The notes beneath the pieces were generated by a model, which worked only from the letters and a program-made list of their open reading frames with translations, did no database searches and had not been told where the DNA came from. The position numbers and the translations under genes were made by a program. Shown here one piece after another: positions 1 through 8,541 of a stretch of 64,000 nucleotides of DNA (position 1 is the first letter of the stretch; each line of letters begins with the position of its first letter). The DNA comes from Gemmatimonadota bacterium. Its GTDB lineage: Bacteria > Gemmatimonadota > Gemmatimonadetes > JACCXV01 > JAHWKZ01. The DNA lies in assembly GCA_039588915.1 (NCBI GenBank), contig JBDGYV010000003.1, forward strand, positions 5,343-69,342, in the 5' to 3' direction.

Positions 1-2242
1 GGAGGCCTTCGCCTACAGCGTGGCTCGCGGCCTCTCCGACCACCCGCGATGGCTTCACTGCCGATACCTGTACGACGAGGCCGGTAGTGAGTTGTTCACC
101 GATATCACCCAACAACCCGAGTACTATCTGACCCGCGCGGAAACCGAGATACTCGAGCAGCAGGCCGATGCGATTCGACGAGCGGTGGGGCCCCTACCAC
201 TCATGGAACTCGGTGCCGGCACGGCGGTCAAGACGCGACGACTGCTCAAGGCATGGCTCGAGGCCGACGGAAGCGCAGAGTATCTGCCACTCGACATTGA
301 CCCTTCCGTGCTGGCTCAGGCGGCCGAGCGGCTGGCGACCCAGCTGCCTGGGCTTTTCGTCACCGGGCTAGCGACATCCTACGAGCGCGGGCTCGACCTA
401 TTGGGCAAGCATCAACCGCTGTGTCTGGTCTTCCTGGGCTCTTCGATCGGCAACTTCAATCTCGAGCAAACCGACACTTTCCTGGCCCGGCTTCGATCGT
501 GTCTCTCACCCGACGACGCATTCCTGCTGGGCGTCGACTTGATTAAAGACGTCGATCAATTGGAGGCTGCCTACAACGATGCCGCCGGCGTAAGCGCGGC
601 TTTCACCCGCAACCTGTTCCATCGTATGAATCGCGAGTTGGGGTGTGAGGTCCCGGTCGACGCGATCGATCACGTCGCTTTCTGGAACGATCGACTGGAG
701 CGCATAGAGATCTACGCCCGCTTTAGGCAGGAAGTAATCGTCGAGCTTCCATCGATCGACCGAAAGTTTCGGATCGCTGCTGGCGAGATGGTGCTCACCG
801 AGATCAGCCGCAAATACCAACTGGCGAAGATCGAGTCCGACTTGGCACGGTTTGGTCTCCAGCTTGAGAGCGCGTTCACCGATCGTGAGCAGCGTTTCGG
901 TTTATTACTGTCTCGCCGCATCACTGCTACCGGTGGACCACCACGCTGGACACCGTTCGCGGCCGAGCTTCGTGCAGCACGCAGTCAGACACTTGGGCTC
1001 CTGAGCAGCCTGAGCGATGACCAGCTGAAGCAACAAGTCCTTCCGATCCTGAGCCCTATCGCCTGGGATCTATGTCACATCGCTGAGTTCGAGGAGCTGT
1101 GGTTGGTCGACGCGATCGACGGGCTCGGCAACAATGGCGAGGTTCGCGATCAACTTCCCGACGCTTACGATGCGGTCGCTACGCCCCGCACGGCCCGCGG
1201 GGAGCTCAAACTGCCGGCAGTCGATGAAATCATGCGTCAACTCAGAAGCGTACGTCGCAAAGCCTTGAAACGTGCTCGGGAGGCGGACCTGAACGCGGAC
1301 CAGCGACTCACGAGGGGAGGCTTCGTGTACCGGCTGGTTGTACAGCACGAGCATCAACACCAGGAAACGATACTCCAGTCGATCGCCCGAATGGAGAACT
1401 TCGTGTACGAGCCAGCCTACGGGGATCGACTGCCCAAGGCACCGCTGCCACCCGACACGGAAATGGTCGTTATTCCTTCGGGGGCATTCCCAATGGGCAC
1501 CAATCGAGAGGCCGACACCTACGACAACGAACGACCCGCGCACTGGGTCGACGTCGAGGCATTCTGGATCGACACTGCCCCGGTCACAGCCGGGCAGTTT
1601 CTTCAATTCGTCGACCGGGGTGGCTACGAACGGCGCGAATGGTGGTGCGACGAAGGATGGACATGGCGGATAGAACATCAAGTCGAGCAACCGCTGGGTT
1701 GGCGCCGCTCGGCAATCGGCTGGGAGGTCGTTGAATTCGGACGCCCCGAGCCATTGGTCCCCACGCGACCCGTACAGCACGTTTCCTGGTATGAGGCGCG
1801 TGCCTACGCACGCTCGGTATCAAAGCGATTGCCAACCGAAGCCGAATGGGAAAAGGCCGCTGCGTGGGATCCCGAAGCGCGGCTCGCTCGCCGCTTTCCG
1901 TGGGGCGACAGTCAACCCGAAGTGCATCACGCCAACCTCGGTGCGGAGATCTTCGGTCCCGCCCCCGTCGGTGCGTTTCCTGCCGGCCGTTCCTTCTATG
2001 GTTGTCACCACATGCTGGGCGACGTCTGGGAGTGGACGGCCAGCGAGCTAGACGGCTACCCGGGCTTCGAGGCTTACCCGTACCCGGAATACTCCGCAAT
2101 CCACTTCGGCCAGGGCTACCGTGTCCTTCGCGGAGGCTCATGGGCCACCGGTCGATCGGTAGCTCGAAACACCTTCCGCAACTGGGATCTTCCCGAGCGG
2201 CGACAGATCTTCGCCGGTTTCCGCTGCGCCCGGGACGCTTGA
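1..2242 (+). CDS. egtD-egtB: Fused histidine N-alpha-trimethyltransferase (EgtD) + type I ergothioneine sulfoxide synthase (EgtB: DinB + FGE-sulfatase); 5' end lies upstream of the window
   Basis: EgtD motifs YLYDEAGSELF, EYYLTRAE, ELGAGTAVKT, FLGSSIGNF, AAYND, TEISRKY. EgtB motifs SPIAWDLCH, QHEHQHQET (iron ligands), PYPEYS, FRNWDLPERRQIFAGFR. The frame is open from position 2. Confidence 0.92.
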   Translation, partial: EAFAYSVARGLSDHPRWLHCRYLYDEAGSELFTDITQQPEYYLTRAETEILEQQADAIRRAVGPLPLMELGAGTAVKTRRLLKAWLEADGSAEYLPLDIDPSVLAQAAERLATQLPGLFVTGLATSYERGLDLLGKHQPLCLVFLGSSIGNFNLEQTDTFLARLRSCLSPDDAFLLGVDLIKDVDQLEAAYNDAAGVSAAFTRNLFHRMNRELGCEVPVDAIDHVAFWNDRLERIEIYARFRQEVIVELPSIDRKFRIAAGEMVLTEISRKYQLAKIESDLARFGLQLESAFTDREQRFGLLLSRRITATGGPPRWTPFAAELRAARSQTLGLLSSLSDDQLKQQVLPILSPIAWDLCHIAEFEELWLVDAIDGLGNNGEVRDQLPDAYDAVATPRTARGELKLPAVDEIMRQLRSVRRKALKRAREADLNADQRLTRGGFVYRLVVQHEHQHQETILQSIARMENFVYEPAYGDRLPKAPLPPDTEMVVIPSGAFPMGTNREADTYDNERPAHWVDVEAFWIDTAPVTAGQFLQFVDRGGYERREWWCDEGWTWRIEHQVEQPLGWRRSAIGWEVVEFGRPEPLVPTRPVQHVSWYEARAYARSVSKRLPTEAEWEKAAAWDPEARLARRFPWGDSQPEVHHANLGAEIFGPAPVGAFPAGRSFYGCHHMLGDVWEWTASELDGYPGFEAYPYPEYSAIHFGQGYRVLRGGSWATGRSVARNTFRNWDLPERRQIFAGFRCARDA

Positions 2243-3273
2243 TCCAACCCGGAGAACTCGCCAAACGACTGGCAGGACTACCACTCGACGTCGAAGAGTG
2301 TCGGATCGAGATCGGCTCAGTGCCGGCGGTCGGCTACTACGGTGGAGCACCCAGACCCACCGGCACAGTCGTACTGATCGGGGGTGGATACCTCGGCCGC
2401 GGCGAAAACGTCGATTGGACACCCGAGGACCAAACGACTTTCAGGGACACCGTGCAAGACGCGGTTGCCGCCAGCCGCACGACGGTCGGTGAGCTCAGTG
2501 AGCAACTGGAGCAGGACTTGGTCGCACACCACCGGGCCGCGATCGAGGCGGCGGCCATCGACCTGGCGTTGCGTCAAGGCGAAAGCAATCTGTTTGCGAT
2601 CGCCGCGCTGCCGGCAGAGCCGGTGACCTTTTGTTGGTCGATCGGTCACGACCTGTCGAAAACCGTCGGTGGACCGCTGGCAGCGGTGCGAACAATTCTA
2701 AACGCTGAGCCAAACGCCACCCTCAAGCTTGACGTCCCGGTCGACGGATGGCCGGAAGCAACGTGGTCGGAGTTGGCTGTTATCGACCGAGTGAGGATCG
2801 TCGATTTCAAGCGTCAGGGCACAGGTCACTCTGTGGCGCTCGCGCATCGGTACTTGCCAGAGGCCTGGCTGGAAGATCCACCCCTGGAAGCGCTTAGCGA
2901 CAGCGGCCAATCGAGTGCATGGGCCGAGCGAGTGGCGGTGGACGGTTATGCAACGCGAATCGCTGACTTGGCTGGGCCCGCTTTTCGACCCGCGGCGATC
3001 AACGTCAAAGCGCCCCGCATGGGCGGCCCACTCGAAGCGTTGCGTTGTCTGGACCTATGTCGTCAGAATGGCTGGACCGCGTACATCGGGGGCATGTTTG
3101 AGGTCGGTCCCGGTCGACCCCAGGCCCGCGTGCTTGCTTCGCTGTTTACCAGCCACCAATGGAACGACTTAGCACCCATGCGGCTTTGCGATTCGGATCC
3201 CTACCCAACGAGTCCGTTGCCGATATCGTCCGACCCCCGAGGCTTTGGGGAATCCGTTTCCCTGGCCGACTAG
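2239..3273 (+). CDS. Enolase-superfamily (MenC/epimerase-like) protein of an uncharacterised subgroup
   Basis: TTG start overlaps the egtB stop (TTGA). Capping-domain motif AAIEAAAIDLALRQ; barrel motifs LKLD, VDFK, LEDP, VDG, INVKAPRMGG, YIGGMFEVGPGR. Confidence 0.8.
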   Translation: MIQPGELAKRLAGLPLDVEECRIEIGSVPAVGYYGGAPRPTGTVVLIGGGYLGRGENVDWTPEDQTTFRDTVQDAVAASRTTVGELSEQLEQDLVAHHRAAIEAAAIDLALRQGESNLFAIAALPAEPVTFCWSIGHDLSKTVGGPLAAVRTILNAEPNATLKLDVPVDGWPEATWSELAVIDRVRIVDFKRQGTGHSVALAHRYLPEAWLEDPPLEALSDSGQSSAWAERVAVDGYATRIADLAGPAFRPAAINVKAPRMGGPLEALRCLDLCRQNGWTAYIGGMFEVGPGRPQARVLASLFTSHQWNDLAPMRLCDSDPYPTSPLPISSDPRGFGESVSLAD

Positions 3274-5210
3274 CCAGCGACCCCAGGTCGAGGTGCCGCA
3301 CCCTCCTCCATGATCCGACGCGCGAAGTGATCAATCTCCATCGACCCCAGTTCCCCTTCCACGTGGGATCGAACGCTGACATGCCCTATCCCCAGCTCAC
3401 GCTCGCCGACGACGACCATGTACGGAATCTTCTGGGTCTCGGCATCCCTCACCTTGTAACCCACGCCCTCTCTCCGGTCGTCCACGTGCACTCGGACCTC
3501 GTGGCGACGTAGATGAGTGGCAACACTCTCGGCGTAATCATTGAACTGGTCGCTCACCGGAATGATGCGCACTTGCTCGGGCGCTAACCACGTAGGAAAC
3601 GCTCCTCCATAATGCTCGATGAGAACACCCAAGAACCGCTCGATCGATCCGAGGATCGTTCGATGGATGACGACCGGTCGTTCCTCGCTCCCGTCAGAGG
3701 CGGTGTAGTGCAGGTCGAAACGCTCCGGCAGGTTGAAGTCCAACTGGATCGTCGCCAACTGCCACCGGCGCCCTAGTGCGTCCGTGGCCTGAAAGTCGAT
3801 CTTGGGGCCGTAGAACGCCCCCTCGCCGGCGCTGATGGTGAACTCCCGCTCGTTATCGACCAACGCCTGCTCGAGTACCGCCTCGGCCCGATCCCACATC
3901 TCATCGGTACCAATGTACGAATCTGGGCGGGTCGATAGCTCCACCTCGATCTCGAACCCGAAGACATCCCCAAGCACGAACTCTACGAGTCCGAGCAAGG
4001 ATGTCACCTCGGCCTGAATCTGATCGGGTGTGCAGAAGATGTGTGCGTCGTCTTGAACAAACGTACGCACGCGCAGAAGCCCGCTGATGACGCCCGACTT
4101 TTCGTACCGGTGCAATCGACCGAAGTCCGTATACCGGATTGGCAGGTCTCGATACGATCGCTTGCGACTCGAGTATACGAACGTCGACGCCGGGCAGTTC
4201 ATCGGTTTGATCGCCATTTCGCGGTCATCCGCAGCGGTGAAGTACATGTGCTCGCGGTAGTTGTCGTAGTGGCCCGACCGGTGCCAGAGTTCTACATCGT
4301 AGATCTGCGGGGTGACGATTTCGTCGTGTGGCCACTCAGTTGCGAACAGTTCGCGCATGAAGCTTTGTAGCCGGTTGTAGATCCAGGCGCCCTTGGGATG
4401 AAAGTACGGGCTCGCCGGCGCGTTGGGATGAAACGAGAAAAGATCCAACTCGCGACCAAGCCGACGATGGTCACGCGCTTTGGCAGCCTCGATCCGCTCC
4501 AGGTGCTGCTCCAGCTCAGCTTTGTCGAAGAAAGCGGTCCCATAGATCCGGGTGAGCATCTTGTTCCGCTCATCGCCGCGCCAATAAGCCCCAGCGGTAG
4601 ACAACAACCGATAAATCCCCAACTTGCCGGTGGCCGGCACGTGCGGGCCGCGACAGAGGTCGATCCACTCCCCCTGGCGGTACAGCGTCAAGGTCTCGTC
4701 CGGTGGTAGGTCCTCGATGATCTCGATCTTGTAAGGCTCATCGAGCTCACGAAACAGCGCCACCGCCTCGTCGCGGGACACAACTTCGCGGGTGATCTCC
4801 AGGTTCTCCTTAGCGATCTTGGCCATCTCCGCCTCGATCGCCTCGAAATCTTCCGGCGTGAATGGCGGGTCGCGATCGAAATCGTAGTAGAAGCCATCGG
4901 CTATTACGGGACCGATCGTCACTTTGGTCTCGGGCCACAGCCGCTGAACCGCCTGGGCCATGAGATGGGCGGTGGAATGACGGAAGATATCGAGCGCCTC
5001 GGGGTCACGGCTGGTCAGGATCCGGAGTTGGGAGTCGCGCTCCAGCGGCCGACCTAGGTCGTAGGGTTGCCCGTCGACCTCCGCCGCCAACGCCGCCCGA
5101 GCGAGACCGGAGCCGATCCGGCTTGCGACGTCGAGCGGCGTTGAACCGGCCGCCATGTCAAGTGTGGCCCCATCGGGCAGAGCGATGGTCGTGGTCTTTT
5201 CGTTAGTCAT
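3270..5210 (-). CDS. thrS: Threonine--tRNA ligase
   Basis: N-terminal TGS domain, HSTAHLMAQA, DLCRGPH, KPMNCP, GAFYGPKID, TIQLDF. Confidence 0.98.
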   Translation of the reverse strand: MTNEKTTTIALPDGATLDMAAGSTPLDVASRIGSGLARAALAAEVDGQPYDLGRPLERDSQLRILTSRDPEALDIFRHSTAHLMAQAVQRLWPETKVTIGPVIADGFYYDFDRDPPFTPEDFEAIEAEMAKIAKENLEITREVVSRDEAVALFRELDEPYKIEIIEDLPPDETLTLYRQGEWIDLCRGPHVPATGKLGIYRLLSTAGAYWRGDERNKMLTRIYGTAFFDKAELEQHLERIEAAKARDHRRLGRELDLFSFHPNAPASPYFHPKGAWIYNRLQSFMRELFATEWPHDEIVTPQIYDVELWHRSGHYDNYREHMYFTAADDREMAIKPMNCPASTFVYSSRKRSYRDLPIRYTDFGRLHRYEKSGVISGLLRVRTFVQDDAHIFCTPDQIQAEVTSLLGLVEFVLGDVFGFEIEVELSTRPDSYIGTDEMWDRAEAVLEQALVDNEREFTISAGEGAFYGPKIDFQATDALGRRWQLATIQLDFNLPERFDLHYTASDGSEERPVVIHRTILGSIERFLGVLIEHYGGAFPTWLAPEQVRIIPVSDQFNDYAESVATHLRRHEVRVHVDDRREGVGYKVRDAETQKIPYMVVVGERELGIGHVSVRSHVEGELGSMEIDHFARRIMEEGAAPRPGVAG

Positions 5211-5219
5211 AGGTTGGCG

Positions 5220-5248
5220 AAGCTACGCGGCGTTTCTAGGACCGGCAA
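5220..5248 (-). promoter_or_regulatory. Putative sigma70 promoter of thrS (TTGCCG-N17-TAGCTT), 9 nt from the ATG
   Basis: Motifs and 17-nt spacing read from the sequence; no SD before the ATG. Confidence 0.5.
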
Positions 5249-5271
5249 AACAGGTTCGCCGTTTAGTCGCA

Positions 5272-5643
5272 CTAATCCACTTCGGCGGCAGCTTCAGTTG
5301 AGATGTCGGGACCGAGCCAGCCCCAACGCTCGAAATCCACCCGTCCGTCGAGATCGAACTTAACGCCCTCCCGCTCGAGCAGGGCTCGCTGAAGCTCTGG
5401 CGGAATCCCGACCTTGCCGATTGAGATCTCCCCATGCACGTTGATTATCCGCTGCCACGGGACATCAGCGTCTTCCGGAAGCGCGTGGAGCGCCCACCCC
5501 ACGGTCCTAGCCGCTCTCGGTTTGCCGCATAGCGCCGCTATGTGACCGTAGGTTGCCACTCTCCCGCGAGGGACACGTCGAACCATCGCGTAGACATCTT
5601 CGTAAAACGACGACCTAGATCGTTTGGGCGTGGCGGGAGTCAC
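5272..5643 (-). CDS. Alkyltransferase-like (ATL, MGMT-family) DNA-binding protein
   Basis: VPRGRVATYGHIA, ARTVGWAL; VPWQRII has Trp in place of the catalytic Cys of PCHRV. Confidence 0.88.
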   Translation of the reverse strand: MTPATPKRSRSSFYEDVYAMVRRVPRGRVATYGHIAALCGKPRAARTVGWALHALPEDADVPWQRIINVHGEISIGKVGIPPELQRALLEREGVKFDLDGRVDFERWGWLGPDISTEAAAEVD

Positions 5644-5677
5644 CGGGGCATGCCCCGTAGATCGTCGACGAACGACG

Positions 5678-5714
5678 AAAACGGCGCGCCGTCAGGCTTC
5701 CCTAACGACGCGCC
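5678..5714 (-). terminator. Intrinsic terminator just beyond the duplicated tRNA 3' end (probably the original tRNA-Ala terminator)
   Basis: Minus strand GGCGCGTCGTTAGG-GAAG-CCTGACGGCGCGCC (14-bp stem with G:U pairs) followed by GTTTT. Confidence 0.6.
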
Positions 5715-5738
5715 CAAAGAGTCCTTCCAAACAGAGTC

Positions 5739-5768
5739 TGGTGGAGCTGATCGGAATCGAACCGACGA
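5739..5768 (-). repeat. 30-bp perfect direct repeat of the tRNA-Ala 3' end (distal att site)
   Basis: tggtggagctgatcggaatcgaaccgacga is identical at 5739-5768 and 6800-6829. Confidence 0.95.
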
Positions 5769-5835
5769 TGGCTCTTGGGGCCCCAGGTCATCAGGCCTCT
5801 CGCCGCGACACGGTTCTCTCAAGAAGCGCTGTACA

Positions 5836-6309
5836 TCAGCCGATCTCTAGATTTCCGCAGGCGACAATGTTACCGATCTCTTCCTCGGACTCGTGCACAT
5901 TGACGTAGTAGTCAGCTCCTGGCTCGAGCGTGGCTTCGAACCTCGCCGTGGCGTTGTCTTGTCCCTCGGTCGAGCTCGGAACCAGCGGCGGGTAGTCGTC
6001 AGGATTGCCCAGTATCGGCCCATCGGAGCCGCATCGGCCCACGTGGACGTGCCACGGATAGCTTCCCGCAGCAAGGCCTCCCCGCAGCGTAAGAGTAGCT
6101 CGTACCGACAAGTCTGGGAGCCGCGTCATCGTTGCATTGGCCACCGAGTTCTCCTCGGCGAACTGCCCCCCACCTACTGCCGTATAAACGCGACCGTGCC
6201 ACTGCTCGCCCTCCTGTTGGCGGGCTTGTCTCGAGCTACATGCAAAAAGTGCGGTCATGGTGAACACGACCGCGAGGGCGACTGACAGATGCTCGAGTCG
6301 ACGCATAAC
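5836..6309 (-). CDS. Lipoprotein with a Cu/Zn-SOD-like or CHRD-like fold (island cargo)
   Basis: GGGGGAG SD before MRRLEH; lipobox LFAC; motifs WHVHVGRC, YYVNVH, IVACG. Confidence 0.65.
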   Translation of the reverse strand, partial: VMRRLEHLSVALAVVFTMTALFACSSRQARQQEGEQWHGRVYTAVGGGQFAEENSVANATMTRLPDLSVRATLTLRGGLAAGSYPWHVHVGRCGSDGPILGNPDDYPPLVPSSTEGQDNATARFEATLEPGADYYVNVHESEEEIGNIVACGNLEIG

Positions 6310-6446
6310 TCCCCCTTTTCTGGCTTCTTCTTCTGTCAAACCGGACCCAAAACTCTCAAGAGCAATCTCGTACCTTTGTCGAGGCGTGTTTACTTTATCG
6401 AGCCTACCACGAAAAGCGTTGAACGGTCAAACAAAAGGGATTACCT

Positions 6447-6724
6447 GCCGGAAAGACCCGTCAAAGCCGATGGACCGCCACCTCGCGGACAGATGGCTGC
6501 GAGAGGCCGAAAAGCTGGCTGGGCTAGAGCCGCAGGAGGGCGGCTTTTGGCACCCGTTCCGCAGAAAAGCGGCCACAGAACTCAAGGGGGCGCCAGACAA
6601 GGATGTCATGGCGCTTCTCGGGTGGAGTGATCTGCGCAGCCTCAAGACAGCCTGCCAGCACGCTGACCCCACCACCATGCTCACGGCTCTCGAATCCCGC
6701 CAGGAGCTACGGGAGGTTCGATGA
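6447..6724 (+). pseudogene. Tyrosine recombinase/integrase C-terminal remnant (5' boundary approximate)
   Basis: FWHPFRR (HxxR box), LLGW, LKTACQHAD with Cys (TGC, 6653-6655) where the catalytic Tyr is expected; no N-terminal domain seen. Confidence 0.75.
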
Positions 6725-6799
6725 CGCAAAGTGACACACCCCTCCGTTACGGGGTGCTGTTCACATCCGCCTATCTTATTGCCAGATTACGGGTTAAGT

Positions 6800-6875
6800 T
6801 GGTGGAGCTGATCGGAATCGAACCGACGACCTCCTGAGTGCGATTCAGGCGCTCTCCCAGCTGAGCTACAGCCCC
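6800..6875 (-). tRNA. tRNA-Ala (anticodon CGC)
   Basis: GGGGCTGTAGCTCAGCTGGGAGAGCG-CCTGA-ATCGCAC-TCAGG...GGTTCGATTCC...CACCA; 76 nt, CCA encoded. Confidence 0.97.
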
Positions 6876-6930
6876 AACTCCGCAAAAATATACCCGGCAG
6901 CTCGTAAATCGTCGAACGCGAAACCGGGTG

Positions 6931-7968
6931 CTATTGCGTCAGCAGACCCTCGCCGATCTCAGTCCATCGCTTCAAGTAGTACTGCATCGTTTCGCGCAGG
7001 GTCTCGCGCAAGTCGTACTTCGGCTCCCAGCCGAGTGAGCGGATCTTGGTGATGTCTGGAGGGAGCCGATCCGAGTCCTCGTACCCCTCGCCGTAAAACT
7101 CTTCACCGCTCACATCGACGATCTCGCTTCGCGAAGGCTCGCCGGTGAGCTCCTCGTACAATTCGACCATCAGGTTCGCGAGATTGCGCATCGTGATGTT
7201 GTTCCCTGGATTACCGATGTTGTAGATCTGATTTTTGGACACACCAGGGTTGTCGAGAATCGCTTGGAACGCGCGATTGGCGTCCCCAATATGCAAGAAC
7301 GTTCGATGCGCCTCGCCACCGTCAACCAGCTGCATACGCCCACCCGTCAACAGCGCGGACATGAAATGTGCAAACACTCGCGGACCCCCCTGGCTGTTGG
7401 CCGGTACCAGGTAGTCTATGCGACTTCCACAGAAGTTGAACGGGCGGATGATAGTGTACTCGATGTTGCCGGCGGTCCCGTGGCCATGGATGACTCTCTC
7501 GAGCAACACCTTCGATGTCGCGTAAATCCAGCGCTGCTTTTCCACGGGGCCGAAGAGGCTGTCGGTCTCGTCTTCGTAATAGCGCTCACCCTCTGTCAGC
7601 TTCCCGTACACCTCGGCAGAGGAATACTGTACGAGCTTTACGCCTGGGTTACCGAGACACATGCGAAGAACTTTCATGTTCTGATAAAAATTGAGATCGA
7701 AGACTTCGAGCGGAGTCGTGTTATAGAGACTCGGATTCGCGTAAGCGACGAGGTCCACGACGAGGTCAGCCTCGGCGATGAGCGCTCTTATAGGATCGTT
7801 TTCTTCGCGCACATCTATCTCATGAAAGACAAACCTCTCGCCTTCGATTCCAGCCAGTTTCTCGTTTGTGATATCAACACCGACGAGGTCATGCTCGCCC
7901 CTCGATATCAAATGCTCAACCATGTGGGAGCCGATGAACCCCCCAGCTCCAAGAATCAGAATGTTCAA
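6931..7968 (-). CDS. NAD-dependent nucleotide-sugar decarboxylase, UDP-apiose/UDP-xylose synthase (UAXS)/ArnA-like
   Basis: TTG start after a GGGAG SD; GAGGFIG, SSAEVYGK, QRWIYATSK (YxxxK), IRPFNF, LVDGG, NIGNP, EFYGEGYEDSD. Confidence 0.85.
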   Translation of the reverse strand: MNILILGAGGFIGSHMVEHLISRGEHDLVGVDITNEKLAGIEGERFVFHEIDVREENDPIRALIAEADLVVDLVAYANPSLYNTTPLEVFDLNFYQNMKVLRMCLGNPGVKLVQYSSAEVYGKLTEGERYYEDETDSLFGPVEKQRWIYATSKVLLERVIHGHGTAGNIEYTIIRPFNFCGSRIDYLVPANSQGGPRVFAHFMSALLTGGRMQLVDGGEAHRTFLHIGDANRAFQAILDNPGVSKNQIYNIGNPGNNITMRNLANLMVELYEELTGEPSRSEIVDVSGEEFYGEGYEDSDRLPPDITKIRSLGWEPKYDLRETLRETMQYYLKRWTEIGEGLLTQ

Positions 7969-8068
7969 TTGATGGCTCCCTTCCGGGCCTGCGTTGGAGT
8001 CCAGTTCGCCTACCGGGCACCCACAATCTGCATCCTCACGCCATCCCCAGGTAGACCCGTAGACGTCG

Positions 8069-8533
8069 TCAATGATGGTAGGGCTCACCGCGTATGATCG
8101 TCCAGGCGCGGTAGAGCTGCTCTACCAGCACGACCTGTGCCAACTCGTGCGCGAGCGTTTGAGGTCCCAGCGCGACGCTCCGATCGGCAGCCTCGATCAC
8201 TGCCGGCGAGAGCCCATCGTCTCCGCCAACCGCGAAAATCGCGCGCCTAACACCGCCAATGCACCATTCGTCGAGCAGTGCGGCCCAGCCCTCGGACGCC
8301 AGCGATTCCGCCTGTGGTGTCAGGGCGACCAACCGGTCGCGGGAGGCGGTCCCGGCGATCTTGAGAATCCGCTGACCCTCATCCTCCAGCGCCTCCGCAC
8401 CGGCCTTCTTGGAAGGCTTAACGTGCTTCCGCTCGATCCTGCAGAAGCGCTCGATTCGAACCATATAATCGGTTACGCCAGCCCACACCCAATCGCTTCT
8501 AAGTCGATCGACCGCGATGATCTCGATCTGCAC
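8069..8533 (-). CDS. rlmH: 23S rRNA pseudouridine-1915 N3-methyltransferase
   Basis: SPOUT motifs FAVGGDDGL, TLAHELA, EQLYRAWTI.RGEPYHH. Confidence 0.93.
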   Translation of the reverse strand: MQIEIIAVDRLRSDWVWAGVTDYMVRIERFCRIERKHVKPSKKAGAEALEDEGQRILKIAGTASRDRLVALTPQAESLASEGWAALLDEWCIGGVRRAIFAVGGDDGLSPAVIEAADRSVALGPQTLAHELAQVVLVEQLYRAWTIIRGEPYHH

Positions 8534-8541
8534 GTACTTCT

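Larger units (their letters stand above)
5739..6829. mobile_element. Decayed ~1.1 kb integrative element inserted in tRNA-Ala(CGC)
   Basis: Flanked by 30-bp att repeats; holds a tyrosine-integrase C-terminal remnant next to the tRNA and one cargo gene. Confidence 0.85.

Noticed and set aside
1846-2238. 5' extension of the 475-aa ORF overlapping egtB
   Set aside because: Arg/Pro-rich shadow-frame sequence; the TTGA overlap at 2239 is the better start.
7975-7991. CAGGCCCGGAAGGGAGC on the minus strand resembles SRP (4.5S) RNA helix 8
   Set aside because: The flanks do not form the long SRP hairpin, and the GGGAG serves as the SD of the downstream gene. An Rfam search would settle it.
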